Counted from the first letter of the stretch, positions 1 to 10,264 are shown. The stretch is DNA of 64,000 bases from Candidatus Hatepunaea meridiana (GCA_030765125.1 JAVCDD010000250.1:14800-78799), one strand, 5' to 3'. Translations and numbers: made by a program. Notes: generated from the sequence alone by a model not told the origin.

Positions 1-282
1 GTTCTTAAAAGTCGGACGTAAACAAAATGCTGTTTGAATTTTCAAAGCTGCCAATTCATTGCAGACATCAGGTTCACCCTTATCGTTTCCAACAATAACA
101 CCATTTATTCCCGCAACACATTCAATTAAAGGAGAAACTTGAGGTGTCGTCCAGAAGTGTATTCTATTACCAGGAAAGGCTTTTTGTAAAAGTGGGATAA
201 CAGGTAAGGCAAGGATTGTATCACCAAGTCGGTCATTTCGGACAACAAGCAGGTCGCCTTGTGCAATTTGTGGGTTGTTCAT
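1..282 (-). CDS. Glycosyltransferase family 9 (LPS heptosyltransferase-like), N-terminal fragment running off the left edge
   Basis: Not in the ORF track. A reverse-strand ATG at 282..280 opens MNNPQIAQGDLLVVRNDRLGDTILALPVIPLLQKAFPGNRIHFWTTPQVSPLIE. This is the R-x-x-x-LGD-x-(I/V)L-x-x-P N-terminal signature of GT9 enzymes, also present in the GT9 gene at 52.2 kb. Confidence 0.6.
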   Translation of the reverse strand, partial: MNNPQIAQGDLLVVRNDRLGDTILALPVIPLLQKAFPGNRIHFWTTPQVSPLIECVAGINGVIVGNDKGEPDVCNELAALKIQTAFCLRPTFKN

Positions 283-295
283 CACTGGATTTAAT

Positions 296-1366
296 TCAAG
301 CTGGATGCCATCCGGATCCGTCAATGATCCGTTTCAATTTCGATTGCCAGACAATGCAAGCATTGCGAATAAGATCGGCGTTATCAGAATAAGTCTCAAC
401 TGAAGAACCAATTGGATCAGGAATACTATCTAGCCCAACCGGTTCAGCAAATAGTCGAATGCGGTCTTTAACATCCGGTGCATACTGAATGATCAAATCC
501 CGGTGATATGGTTCTGCGACAAGGATTATATCAGATTTATGCAGAATGTTGTACGTTATCTGTCTTGCTCGATGCTTGCTATGATCTATCCCCCAATCCG
601 CCGCAATTGCAACCATTTCATAAGTTGCCGGGTAACCGTCAACTGCGTGAGTTCCCGCTGATGAGACATTTACACCCGACTTATCCGGATCACCCAACAG
701 ATCAGTAAGTATGACTTCACCAAGCGGTGATCTGCATATATTTCCTGTACATACTACTAATACTTCAAGTGGTGCGTTAATTTTATTCAGTACCTTTTCC
801 ACTAATTCCAACTTGGGTCCCTTTCGTATGATCGCATAAGGGAATTTCCGTAAATCAATTACTGTAGAGGACTGTGAATACTTGGTTTTACCGTTGTCAA
901 TTACCGCATCAATTTCACTAACAAGTTCCTTGTCAATCTTGGAAAAGTCTGACGGCGCCGGTTCACCAGTTCGATTTGCTGAAGTAGCCCATAGAGGTGT
1001 TCTTACATTGTTACAAAGCTGTTGAGCTAAACTATTAGAAGAAACCCGAACAGCCAAGCCAAGTTCTTTATGCAGGTAACCTTCGGGTATGTTATAAGAT
1101 GAGTTAAGAATTAAAGTAACCGGACCGGGAAGAAGCGCATCTGTCACTCGTCTCCGGAAAGGATCAAGCCGCCCGTTCCATTTCTCCAATTGATCTAAGG
1201 ATTGGAAAATGACTTCATAAGGAAGCTTTCTACCTTCCTTAATCCGATTTAACCGATTGAATACATCATCCTGAAAGGCTTTGCCTATCAATCCATAGAC
1301 TGTATCGGTTGCAATAATTATCAGTCTGTTTGAATTAAGGATATTAATTAATTTTTCTATGTTCAT
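296..1366 (-). CDS. Fusion protein: YrdC/Sua5-type L-threonylcarbamoyladenylate synthase domain plus low-molecular-weight protein phosphatase domain
   Basis: The N-terminal half shows YrdC-family motifs (IIATDTVYGL, LLPGPVTLIL, ATSANRTGEP, STVIDL). The C-terminal half has the LMW-PTP P-loop VVCTGNICRSP (C-x5-R-S) and the general-acid loop IPDPIG. Confidence 0.85.
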   Translation of the reverse strand: MNIEKLINILNSNRLIIIATDTVYGLIGKAFQDDVFNRLNRIKEGRKLPYEVIFQSLDQLEKWNGRLDPFRRRVTDALLPGPVTLILNSSYNIPEGYLHKELGLAVRVSSNSLAQQLCNNVRTPLWATSANRTGEPAPSDFSKIDKELVSEIDAVIDNGKTKYSQSSTVIDLRKFPYAIIRKGPKLELVEKVLNKINAPLEVLVVCTGNICRSPLGEVILTDLLGDPDKSGVNVSSAGTHAVDGYPATYEMVAIAADWGIDHSKHRARQITYNILHKSDIILVAEPYHRDLIIQYAPDVKDRIRLFAEPVGLDSIPDPIGSSVETYSDNADLIRNACIVWQSKLKRIIDGSGWHPA

Positions 1367-1421
1367 TATTGAATAATTTGAAAAATTTTGACAATTATAA
1401 CTATTCCCTTATATACACATT

Positions 1422-4400
1422 TCAGCTATCTAACACTTCCCGCACCTTTAAGGCAATTTCCAAAGGTCTAAAAGGTTTCTGCATATATGGTATTCCCGGA
1501 GCAAGGACACCGTGATGAACGATAGAATTTACCGTATAGCCTGACATATATAAGACCTTCACATCCGGCCACATTTCTCGAAGTTTATCGACTAACTCAG
1601 ATCCACTCATATAGGGCATTATGACGTCAGTGACTATCAGATCAACCGGTTTTTTCATTATCTGACATATCATATAAGCTGTGCCTCCAGAGTCAGCCTC
1701 AATAACTTCATATCCCTGTAGTTTCAGAATCTTGCAAGCCATATTTCTAACACCATCCTCATCCTCAACTACAAGGATGGTTTCTGTTCCACGAGGCGCT
1801 TCGGTAATCTCCTCTTTCCTAACTAATTCAACAGCTTCTTCTATGACTCTCGGGAAAAATATTTTGAATGACGTCCCTTGTTCTACTTCGCTATAAACCC
1901 ATATATGTCCATTACTTTGCTTTATTATACCATATACGGTTGACAAACCGAGCCCCGTTCCCTGACCTTCGCCCTTTGTTGTGAAAAATGGATCGAATAT
2001 CTTCTCTTTAATTTCATCCGTCATTCCGTGTCCTGTATCGCTAACCGTTAACATCACGTAATCACCAGATATTACTTCCGAATGCAAATTTGCGTACTCA
2101 TCACCCAGGACTGCATTTTGAGTTTCAACGGTGAGCTTTCCGCCCAAAGACATAGCATCTCGGGCATTTATGACCAGGTTGACAATAACCTGCTCGATTT
2201 GTCCGGGATCAACCTTTATCGCCCATATATCCTTTTCGAGGATTACATTAAATTCTATATCTTCTCCAATCATCCTTATCAGCATCCTTTCCAGATCAGC
2301 TACGAGTGTATTCAGGTTCAGGACACTTGGCTGTAAAGTCTGTTTACGGCTGAAAGCGAGCAATTGACGTACAAGATCGGCAGCCCGATCCGATGCCTTC
2401 ATAATCTCACCTAAATCATCATAGAGTGGATCGTGAGGATTAAGAGATTCCATTGCCATTTCAGAATTACAGATAATTGCCGTCAAAAGATTGTTGAAAT
2501 CGTGAGCGATGCCACCTGCCAATCTTCCTATTCCCTCCATCTTCTGGGACTGTCGCAGTTGTTCCTCAAGATTCTTGCGTTCGGTATTGTCAATTATATA
2601 GCCTCTGATCTGAATCAGTTTACCGGATTCGTCAAATACACCAACCGTATTCTCAATGATATGCAGAATATGACCGTCACAATGAAGATAATCTTTCTCA
2701 TAGAATTGAAGCTTTCTTTCCCTACAAAGCAAATTGATAAATTCATCTCTATCTTCCGGGTTGATGAAATATGATTTAATCGGGGTTGAGATTGCTTCTG
2801 CTACCGATGAAAATCCGAGTATTTCCGCAAATGAAGGATTACAGGTTATAATTCTGCCATCAGGAGTTGAGATGTAATCACCTGTCAGGTCATCCTCGAA
2901 TAATCGACGATAGCGATCTTCGCTTTCCTTCAGCGCATCCTCTGCTCGTTTATGGTTGATTGCCCTTGCTACTTCTGAGGAGAAAAACTCGAGTGTTTGG
3001 AGTTCGCGCTCGCTATAAGCATCCGGATCTGTGTAGTGTTGAACACCCATTACACCGATTATTTTATCCTCGACTTTTAGAGGCACACCAAGCCAGATTT
3101 CGGAAGGAATACCAATGACTTCGGCTTCTCCCCGGTTTTCCAGCTCTATGGAACAATCTTCGTTACATAAGAGAGGCTTGCCGGTTCGAAGCACGTATTC
3201 TGTCAATCCTTTACCCAATTTCTGTGGTGGCGCGGGGATATCCTTCGCATCAATGAAATAAGGAAAACTTAACAGTTCTTCTTTCTCATCGTAGAGTGCG
3301 ATAAAGAAGTTTTCCGCCGGCATTACATCCTGTATGATGATATGCACCGCTGTAAAGAGTTCATTCAGGTTTTTCGTGATATCTACCTCCCGTGCAATAC
3401 GATAGATCGCATTTTGAAGTTTTTCCGCCTGTCTGCGTTCGGTAATATCCCTTCTTACACCAACTAATCCTGTCGGTTCGCCTTTCTCGTTTCTCACGAT
3501 TGAAGTACTCAACTCAACGGGGATAACACCGCCATCCTTGGTGTGGATCCGATATTCCAAGTCATCAATGTGTCCCTTCTCCAGCAACTTTGTCATACTT
3601 GCCAAAGCCTTACTCCGATCCTCCGGGACTATAAATTCGAAGGAGTTTTTTCCAATCAGGTCTGCTCTGTCATCGATTCCATACATTCTGAGGGTAGCTT
3701 CATTCGCATCGGTAATCTTTCCCTCTAAATCACAGAGTACAATACTGTCCTTGGACATCCTCATTGCGCTGGACAATCGTTCCAATTCCCTTTCTGCTCG
3801 TTTACGCTCGGTGATGTCCGAGATTTGCGCTACTGTTCGCATTTTTCCCTGCGAATCTCTCATTACTCCGGCGCTTATCTCCGCGTGCCTTTTTTCACCA
3901 TCTTTCCTAATGAAATTAATTTCATAGCGCTGCGGGATCTGCTCCCCGCATTGGCGACGGATGTAGCGTTCTTTAATTTCGTCTATGCTTTCTTCTTCGA
4001 AAAATATGCAAAAGTCCTGTCCGATTAACTCTTCGCGGATATATCCGGAAATATTTAATATCTTATCATTTACATAGATCATGTGGTAGGAGTCATCTGT
4101 TAAAACAATACCGTCGTGAGAGTTCTCCACTACAGAGCGAAACAGCTCTTCGCTCTCTCGCAGGTTTTCCTCCGCATGCTTGCGCTCGGTGATGTCTGTG
4201 AAAACACCATAAGCATACTTTCCATCGTTTTCTTCACGCACAACACTTGCTACATCATGTAACCAAATCCACTCACCATCTTTTCTTTTGATCCGGTATT
4301 CAACCTCAAACTTCTTTCCCTTGACAAATAATGCCTGAAAACTTTCTTTCACTTTTTGTAAATCGTCAGGGTGTATTCCATCAAACCAGCCAATATGGTT

Positions 4401-6542
4401 CTCCTGATAAATTTCTTCAGCAGTATAGCCATAAACTTCTTTTATATTTGAGCTTATAAAAGAGGTTATACCTTTCTCATTAGTTTTCCATAACACAGAA
4501 GGAGCATTTTCAACAAGCAAGTGATATTTTTCTTCACTCTCCCGCTGCGCCTCCTCCGCCCGCTTGCGTTTTGTGATGTCTTGCGCAACACCAGTGAGTC
4601 CAATAGTCTTCCCATTTTTAATAATAGGATTGACCAGAAACATGAACCATCCTACTGATCCACTTTTATTTACAAATCTAAATTCTATGGTGGCAGATTC
4701 TTTACTTGTCCGTAATTGATCTTGAAAAACTTCATGAACTCGTTTCTTATCTGAAGGATGCACAAACTTTAAATAGAACTTATTATTTAACTCCTTCTGA
4801 GAGTAACCAAGGGCTTTCAGAGCAGCCTCGTTAACGAAGTTAAACCTTCCTCTCTCATTTGTGCTGAAAAGGCAAGCTTGTGTTCCTTCAACAATAGCAC
4901 GGAACCGTTCTTCGCTTTCCCGCAGTGCTTCCTCTGCTTGCATACGTTCGGTAACGTCACGCATAATTCCAAGTACATAAACCTCTTTCGGTTTACCTAA
5001 AGTTACAACACTAACCTCGATATCCAGGATAGCGTCGGTTTTATTTTTAATTTTTACCTTATATTGACTTGGAATTTTTTCTCCGTGTAGGTGAGCATCA
5101 TAACGCTGCTGGATAAATTCCTTTGTTTCATCGGTCAGCAAGACATTGTAATCAAAGTCAGGTGATGTCAGTTCTTCTGAAGAATATCCGGTGATTTCAC
5201 AAAATCGCAGGTTTACGTATTCATAAGTTTTATTTCGCAGCAAGTAAATAGCATCAAAAGCATTGTCGACAAGTATTCTATATTTGCTTTCACTTGCATG
5301 TATTGCTTCTTCGACTTTCATGCGTTTAGTAACGTCCACCAGGTACAAAACGAGCCCGTGGATCTCCCCGTCGGTGTCTTTTACAGGATACAGGGACCAA
5401 TCCAAATATGTCGTTTCGTCTTTCAGATTTTGCGGATCCTCGAAAGGCTCAGTACAGAAAGAAACTGGTTCACCTGTTTCAACAACATGTTGAAAATTCG
5501 CTTCATTCTTTTCGTTGGGGAAAAGGTTGAAGTGATTCTTGCCCACGAAATATTTTGGTGTGTGTCCATCTATTGCAGCATAAGCCTGATTGACGCGTAT
5601 GAAGTTGAAATCGGTGTCCATATACGCGATCATAAGATGGGTCGTGGAGAGGATTGTCTCTATGATCTCGTTAGTTTCTTTCAGCGCTCTCTCAGCTTGC
5701 TTGCGTTCAGTAACGTCTTCATGCATCACTACAACATTCGTCAGCTTGTCATCAGGATCGAATATAGGGAAAAGTTTGCTTTTTACATATAGTTTTTTAT
5801 TATCAAAGGGTGAAATGTATTCTATCTCAGGTGTTTCTATTACATTTCCTTTTAAGGCTTCCTTAATGAATTTGTCTGTGCCGTATTTGATGTTCGTCGG
5901 TACCTTGAGCGCATTAAATCCGAGAATCAAGTCTTTATCAGGAACCGCATAAAATTGCAAGAACGCTTCATTAACCATTAAAAGGATACTCTTGTCATCT
6001 AACACGAAAGTGGGAAGTGGTGATTGCTGTATGAGGCGTTCAAGGAACACGCTTTTAGCTTCTATTTCATTCTCAATCCGTTTGTGTTCGGTTATGTCCC
6101 TTGAAAATCCAAAAAGGACATCCTTATTATCCCATTTTCCCTGAACGACCTTTGTTTCAACAGGAATCAAATCACCATCTTTTGTCAATAACGGAACAGG
6201 ACAGTCGTCTCTCTTACCGGAGAGTATATCTGCAATTATGCTAGTAGCTTCATCTCGTCTGTCTTCAGGATGCAATTCCACAACGTTTTTTCCGATCAGC
6301 TCTTCATAGGAATATCCTGTTCTTTTCACCACCACAGGATTGATATGAGAAATGTTACCCTGTGAATCGAGGATGAAAATGAAATCGCTAATTGTATCGA
6401 ATAGAGTTTGAAGGTTATTCCTGCTTGCAAGCAACGTCTCATCCACCTGCTTGTGCTTGGTGTCGGTGGTGTTGGCGACCCTCTTCCGCAACAGTTCTAT
6501 CTCTTTAATAAGCTGCGCTTTGGTCATGGATTTGTAATTCAT
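1422..6542 (-). CDS. Hybrid sensor histidine kinase: nine PAS modules, one GAF, HisKA, HATPase_c and a C-terminal receiver
   Basis: The PAS-exit linker D(I/V/N)T(E/K)(R/H)(K/R/M)..(A/I/V/L)E. occurs nine times. A GAF-like block precedes the last PAS. H-box GGIAHDFNNLL, N box NLVINARDA, G boxes DTGHGM and GTGLGLS are present. The receiver shows ILVVEDEDG ... LIVTDVIMP ... QKPF. Confidence 0.9.
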   Translation of the reverse strand: MNYKSMTKAQLIKEIELLRKRVANTTDTKHKQVDETLLASRNNLQTLFDTISDFIFILDSQGNISHINPVVVKRTGYSYEELIGKNVVELHPEDRRDEATSIIADILSGKRDDCPVPLLTKDGDLIPVETKVVQGKWDNKDVLFGFSRDITEHKRIENEIEAKSVFLERLIQQSPLPTFVLDDKSILLMVNEAFLQFYAVPDKDLILGFNALKVPTNIKYGTDKFIKEALKGNVIETPEIEYISPFDNKKLYVKSKLFPIFDPDDKLTNVVVMHEDVTERKQAERALKETNEIIETILSTTHLMIAYMDTDFNFIRVNQAYAAIDGHTPKYFVGKNHFNLFPNEKNEANFQHVVETGEPVSFCTEPFEDPQNLKDETTYLDWSLYPVKDTDGEIHGLVLYLVDVTKRMKVEEAIHASESKYRILVDNAFDAIYLLRNKTYEYVNLRFCEITGYSSEELTSPDFDYNVLLTDETKEFIQQRYDAHLHGEKIPSQYKVKIKNKTDAILDIEVSVVTLGKPKEVYVLGIMRDVTERMQAEEALRESEERFRAIVEGTQACLFSTNERGRFNFVNEAALKALGYSQKELNNKFYLKFVHPSDKKRVHEVFQDQLRTSKESATIEFRFVNKSGSVGWFMFLVNPIIKNGKTIGLTGVAQDITKRKRAEEAQRESEEKYHLLVENAPSVLWKTNEKGITSFISSNIKEVYGYTAEEIYQENHIGWFDGIHPDDLQKVKESFQALFVKGKKFEVEYRIKRKDGEWIWLHDVASVVREENDGKYAYGVFTDITERKHAEENLRESEELFRSVVENSHDGIVLTDDSYHMIYVNDKILNISGYIREELIGQDFCIFFEEESIDEIKERYIRRQCGEQIPQRYEINFIRKDGEKRHAEISAGVMRDSQGKMRTVAQISDITERKRAERELERLSSAMRMSKDSIVLCDLEGKITDANEATLRMYGIDDRADLIGKNSFEFIVPEDRSKALASMTKLLEKGHIDDLEYRIHTKDGGVIPVELSTSIVRNEKGEPTGLVGVRRDITERRQAEKLQNAIYRIAREVDITKNLNELFTAVHIIIQDVMPAENFFIALYDEKEELLSFPYFIDAKDIPAPPQKLGKGLTEYVLRTGKPLLCNEDCSIELENRGEAEVIGIPSEIWLGVPLKVEDKIIGVMGVQHYTDPDAYSERELQTLEFFSSEVARAINHKRAEDALKESEDRYRRLFEDDLTGDYISTPDGRIITCNPSFAEILGFSSVAEAISTPIKSYFINPEDRDEFINLLCRERKLQFYEKDYLHCDGHILHIIENTVGVFDESGKLIQIRGYIIDNTERKNLEEQLRQSQKMEGIGRLAGGIAHDFNNLLTAIICNSEMAMESLNPHDPLYDDLGEIMKASDRAADLVRQLLAFSRKQTLQPSVLNLNTLVADLERMLIRMIGEDIEFNVILEKDIWAIKVDPGQIEQVIVNLVINARDAMSLGGKLTVETQNAVLGDEYANLHSEVISGDYVMLTVSDTGHGMTDEIKEKIFDPFFTTKGEGQGTGLGLSTVYGIIKQSNGHIWVYSEVEQGTSFKIFFPRVIEEAVELVRKEEITEAPRGTETILVVEDEDGVRNMACKILKLQGYEVIEADSGGTAYMICQIMKKPVDLIVTDVIMPYMSGSELVDKLREMWPDVKVLYMSGYTVNSIVHHGVLAPGIPYMQKPFRPLEIALKVREVLDS

Positions 6543-6966
6543 AGGTATCTCCTAACCTAAATAGTAAATAGTTAGAACGAAGAAGATTGAATCGGATTAG
6601 ATTTACAATCTGGAGTGTGCATTTCAATCAGGTTATTTGATAAATATATATCTATAATCGACAGATTGCATGTTATATAAAATTTTATAAAAAAACTACT
6701 ATACTACTTTGTTAAATGGGATTTCGCGTAGGAAATAAGGGGACAGTAAACCTATTTTACTACGGTTAGGATATCACAAAGTTAGGGACTGCTGTCGAGA
6801 CTAACCGGGTGGTAAATACGACAGACAAGAATGTCTGTCCTACCCGGAGGTAAGATAGACATTTCTGATCCTTGTGTAATAAAGTGTGACCACCCGCTAT
6901 CTGACGGGGGAGTCTGCTGGCAGTTTTAGAGTGTACGGCAACTATTTTGTCAATACATCTAACTTA

Positions 6967-7458
6967 TCACCAGTCACTTGTCAATCTATTTATCAAATCC
7001 TGCACCAAGCGTTCAACCGCCTTATCAATTCCTTCTTCTCGCTCTTCCATACTACCGGTTTCATAAGGATAAGCACCCTCACCTACTAATTTTCCCTGCC
7101 AAAGCGGTTCCGATTTTCCTGGTTTTGCTAACACAACTTCAACAATAATTGTAATTTGACTCTCTTTAACATCTTCGTTCTCATCGAATGTCAATGGCAG
7201 GTCAGTGATGCTGACTATCTTTCCTCGCAAAATGGCGTCAGCAGAAGCTTGGTTGGCAACAGTCAGCGTTCTGTTACTCAATAGTTCATTGATTAATTCA
7301 TCTGTGAGTTTATCGCGAATGCCAAATTCGGCGGTCTGGTTGTCGAATGGTTCTATGGAGATGGTCTTAATACCGGCTATGCCATGTCCTGAGAATGTGT
7401 AAACGGAACAACTGCATAGAATGATACATAGAACGAGTAGAATACTAAGATATTTCAT
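6967..7458 (-). CDS. LptE-like outer-membrane lipoprotein (tentative)
   Basis: Signal peptide with a lipobox-like LCSCS. Size and pattern (GIRDKLTDELINELL ... ADAILRGKI) resemble LptE-family proteins. The start overlaps the upstream stop as ATGA. Confidence 0.45.
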   Translation of the reverse strand: MKYLSILLVLCIILCSCSVYTFSGHGIAGIKTISIEPFDNQTAEFGIRDKLTDELINELLSNRTLTVANQASADAILRGKIVSITDLPLTFDENEDVKESQITIIVEVVLAKPGKSEPLWQGKLVGEGAYPYETGSMEEREEGIDKAVERLVQDLINRLTSDW

Positions 7459-8585
7459 TTCAGATTGTATTGTTTAATCTTACGATAGAGTGTTCTTTCA
7501 CCGATGCCTAATGCATCAGCCGCCTGCTTTCGATTACCGCCAAAATCCATCAGCGCACGTTTAATCTGTTCTTTTTCTAATTCATCCAGTGAATAAGCTT
7601 CAACTTCCTCAGCAGATGAAAACGGATAGTTCATTTCTATAGGTTTATCGCGTAAAAGTTGTTGTAGAAGCATCTTAACATTGGTCATCTCATGTTTTAA
7701 CTCAAGTAACGTGTGATATACTAACTCTCGATCAAGTTCAGCAGTTGGTTTAGTTACAATTACAGGTAGATTAGCGCTGCTCATCTCATTACTCAAGCGT
7801 ATTCTAACGTCTTCGCCTGTTATAGTGTTCCGATGTCCTAATGCTACCATACTCTCGATAAAGTTCTTTAACTCTCGAATGTTTCCAGCCCAATACTGAC
7901 GATTAAGTATTTCAAAAGCTTCACTTTCAATGACAGGAATCGTACGATTGTTCTTTTGGGCAAATAGATATGTAAAGTGATCGATGAGCATCGGAATATC
8001 TTCAAGGCGCTCTCTAAGCGGTGGTACGTTTATATTAACAGCCTTTAAACGATAATATAGATCCTGACGAAAGCGACCTTGCCCAACTTCCAAGCCAAGG
8101 TCTTTGTTAGTAGCAGCTATAACGCGCACGTCAACGTTGACTTCGTGGCTCCCCCCCACCCTTAGGAAGCTACCTGATTCCAGAACACGAAGCATCTTTA
8201 CCTGAACCTGTAAAGGCATTTCGCCAATCTCGTCAAGGAGCAGCGTACCTTGATCCGCCATTTCAAAATAACCTTGCCGTCTTTGACCTGCAGATGTGAA
8301 GGAACCTTTCTCATGACCGAATATTTCAGACTCAAAAATTCCTTCTGGTATCGCTCCACAGTTAGGGCTTACCAACGGACCGTTTCGCCGCTTGCTATGA
8401 TAATGAATGGCTCGCGCAACCAACTCCTTACCTGTACCACTCTCACCGGTGATAAGAACATTTATATCGCTTCCTGCAACCTGCTGAATAAGAGCTTTTA
8501 CCTGTTGGAGCCGGGTGGAACTCCCAAGCATTTCGTCTAACGGATCAATTAGCGCTTCAGATGTTTTCATATCATTATCAATCAT
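7455..8585 (-). CDS. Sigma-54-dependent transcriptional activator (AAA+ plus Fis-type HTH, no receiver domain)
   Basis: Walker A GESGTGKE, ESEIFGHEKGSFTSA (a GAFTGA variant), Walker B GTLLLDEIGEM, R-finger region FRQDLYYRL, and C-terminal HTH AADALGIGERTLYRKIKQY. Confidence 0.85.
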   Translation of the reverse strand: MIDNDMKTSEALIDPLDEMLGSSTRLQQVKALIQQVAGSDINVLITGESGTGKELVARAIHYHSKRRNGPLVSPNCGAIPEGIFESEIFGHEKGSFTSAGQRRQGYFEMADQGTLLLDEIGEMPLQVQVKMLRVLESGSFLRVGGSHEVNVDVRVIAATNKDLGLEVGQGRFRQDLYYRLKAVNINVPPLRERLEDIPMLIDHFTYLFAQKNNRTIPVIESEAFEILNRQYWAGNIRELKNFIESMVALGHRNTITGEDVRIRLSNEMSSANLPVIVTKPTAELDRELVYHTLLELKHEMTNVKMLLQQLLRDKPIEMNYPFSSAEEVEAYSLDELEKEQIKRALMDFGGNRKQAADALGIGERTLYRKIKQYNLK

Positions 8586-8588
8586 TAC

Positions 8589-9347
8589 TCACCAAACGAA
8601 CTCCAACCCGTCTTTTGCCATAACAGCAATATCACAGTTTATACAATAATCTTCAAGCTGTTGAGATTTAACGGGATCCGAATGTGTAAAAATCACTTTT
8701 TTCAATCCAATATCCAAGGCAACATTCACGATAGCAGCAGTATCAATGTGCATAGCTTCGCATAGTAAAACGGCGCTTGGAACAAGCTCATCCTTGAAAC
8801 AATCTATTGTTGAAACATCGCCTGTATAAATTAACTTTTGTCCATTAGTATTAATAGTGAATCCAAAAGCTTCTATTTCGTCGACTGCATAATCTTTAAT
8901 ATCATATTTAAAATGATCGGATTCCCAGGCGCTTATCGAAAAATTATTACAATCTATTAGAACTGACTTCTTAATTGGATGATATGACATTGAAAACATG
9001 GAGGGTCTTCTATTGGCAAGATAAACTGTTTCCTGCATAAGAGATAATGGCTTTATCCCAGCTTCAGGCAGGAATATTTGTAGTGGTTCTTTTCGCCCCG
9101 CCAGGAACATATTCTGAATAACTGGAAATAAGCCCGAGATGTGATCGGAGTGCAGGTGGGATATAAAGATATACTTTATCTTGTGTAATACATCAAGATA
9201 ACTTAACCATCCGGCAGCGCCTTCTCCGCAATCCATTAAAAAGGCGTTATCGTCTATTTCAACATAGTGAGCAGCGCCACCTTTACCAAGCACTGCTAAA
9301 CCGGCACCGGCGCCAATAGTGATAAGACTGTTTCTGGGTTTGTTCAA
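8589..9347 (-). CDS. MBL-fold metallo-hydrolase
   Basis: Metallo-beta-lactamase motif ISHLHSDHISG, with downstream His/Asp positions (ESDHF, FTHSD). The TTG start overlaps the upstream stop as TTGA. Confidence 0.7.
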   Translation of the reverse strand: MNKPRNSLITIGAGAGLAVLGKGGAAHYVEIDDNAFLMDCGEGAAGWLSYLDVLHKIKYIFISHLHSDHISGLFPVIQNMFLAGRKEPLQIFLPEAGIKPLSLMQETVYLANRRPSMFSMSYHPIKKSVLIDCNNFSISAWESDHFKYDIKDYAVDEIEAFGFTINTNGQKLIYTGDVSTIDCFKDELVPSAVLLCEAMHIDTAAIVNVALDIGLKKVIFTHSDPVKSQQLEDYCINCDIAVMAKDGLEFVW

Positions 9348-10264
9348 TATTGTTCTTTAAAGTACTTCACCGTTAATGCTAATCCTTCTTCCAGTTCAAT
9401 CGTCGGATACCAATTAAGTATCCGACCAACTAAACTCGGATCAATCACGCTTCGTCTCTGTTCACCGGGCGCTTCCTCTCGATGTTTACGCTCAGCATTG
9501 CTGCCTGTATGTTTACTCAACATATCAAATATTGTGACTACATTAGTTTCTTTTCCTGTTCCGATATTCAGAATATGAAAACCATCCTGCTTCAAGGCTG
9601 ATAAATTAGCCCGAACTACATCATTTACATAAATATAATCTCTTGTTTGCAAGCCATCCCCATTGATATACGGTTGTACACCGGATAACAATTTATGACA
9701 AAATATTGCCACAACACCCGCTTCACCCATTGGATTCTGCCTTGGTCCGTAAACATTCCCATACCTTAAAGAAACAGCATTAATTCCATACTCTCTATAA
9801 TAGAAATACATATATTTTTCAACAGCAAGTTTGGCAACACCATAGGGACATATTGGATTCAAGGAATGCGATTCTGACGCTGGAAAAACTTCCTGTTCAC
9901 CATATACGGTACCACCTGAAGAAGCAAATATGAAACGTTTAACATTGTGTTCAACGCATAAAGAAAGAATCTTTACGCTTCCAGCTATATTTGTCATAAG
10001 GTCTGCAACTGGATCGCTAACAGATACTCTAACATCCATTTGTGCTGCAAGATGATATACTATATCGAACTTACCATCCTCAAAAACATCTGATAGTTCT
10101 TTATCAGTTATGTCAACACGAATAAATTCAGCATCAGATGGAACATTCTCAATTTTTCCTATAGATAGATTATCTACGATTGTAATTTTATGTCCATCAT
10201 CAATAAGTGCATCAGAGATATGTGAACCGATAAATCCGGCGCCGCCAGTAACCAGTATATTCAT
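9344..10264 (-). CDS. NAD-dependent sugar epimerase/dehydratase (GalE-family SDR)
   Basis: Rossmann motif VTGGAGFIGSH, catalytic YGVAK (Y-x3-K) and an extended-SDR length of 306 aa. ATGA overlap with purD. Confidence 0.85.
   Translation of the reverse strand: MNILVTGGAGFIGSHISDALIDDGHKITIVDNLSIGKIENVPSDAEFIRVDITDKELSDVFEDGKFDIVYHLAAQMDVRVSVSDPVADLMTNIAGSVKILSLCVEHNVKRFIFASSGGTVYGEQEVFPASESHSLNPICPYGVAKLAVEKYMYFYYREYGINAVSLRYGNVYGPRQNPMGEAGVVAIFCHKLLSGVQPYINGDGLQTRDYIYVNDVVRANLSALKQDGFHILNIGTGKETNVVTIFDMLSKHTGSNAERKHREEAPGEQRRSVIDPSLVGRILNWYPTIELEEGLALTVKYFKEQY

Noticed and set aside
5298-5792. 164-aa plus-strand ORF, and about a dozen other plus-strand ORFs between 1.6 and 6 kb
   Set aside because: All lie antisense within the 1706-aa histidine kinase gene, whose PAS/HisKA/HATPase/receiver motifs unambiguously define the coding strand.
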